Positions 63,839 through 64,000 of a stretch of DNA of 64,000 nt are shown here, piece after piece. The notes under the pieces are model-generated. The model saw nothing but the letters and a program-made list of their open reading frames with translations, was not told where the DNA came from and ran no database searches. Position 1 is the first letter of the stretch; every line of letters starts with the position of its first letter. This stretch comes from Blastocystis sp. Blastoise. Its lineage: Eukaryota; Protista; Bigyra: Opalinata. A program made the translations under genes and the position numbers. Where the stretch lies: assembly GCA_039096225.1 (NCBI GenBank), contig JBBPEB010000004.1, forward strand, positions 1,298,364 through 1,362,363, written 5' to 3'.

Positions 63839-64000
63839 GGTTAGGGTTAGGTTAGGGTTAGGGTTAGGTTAGGGGTTTAGGTTAGGTTAGGGTTAGGGTT
63901 TAGGGTTAGGTTTAGGGTTAGGGTTAGGGTTAGGGTTAGGGTTAGGGTTAGGGTTAGGGTTAGGGTTAGGGTTAGGGTTAGGGTTAGGGTTAGGGTTAGG
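63631..64000 (+). repeat. Terminal telomere (TTAGGG)n with occasional TTTAGGG/TTAGG variants
   Basis: Continuous G-rich repeats to the window end in the correct orientation for a right-hand chromosome end; variants may be read errors. Confidence 0.98.

Overview
Extremely AT-rich eukaryotic chromosome end with short GT-AG introns full of (AT)n, finishing in a (TTAGGG)n telomere at 63631-64000. The organism cannot be determined from this window. The distal 46 kb is a head-to-tail tandem of two near-identical ~23.4-kb units (17214-40581 and 40636-63631), each preceded and followed by TTAGGG repeats, and a diverged relic of the unit's distal part lies at ~15300-17195. Manual splicing found one intact gene per unit: a ~24-exon, ~1,850-aa minus-strand protein whose centre carries a full tyrosine-recombinase catalytic set (R..K..YxxR..H..Y). 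The ORF track misses it because an intron splits the motifs. Each unit begins with four palindromes of up to 45 bp and also carries decayed cargo (a UTP20-like relic and tRNA-like elements). The two copies differ by precise absence of two introns and by symmetrisation plus centre-flip of one palindrome. The proximal 17 kb holds pseudogene debris, an array of 17 phase-1 27-nt microexons, a non-autonomous Helitron inserted in that array, and more tRNA-like elements. Best candidate for a new system: a telomere-bounded, tyrosine-recombinase-encoding element arrayed at a chromosome end. All gene models and homologies are by eye and unverified by search.
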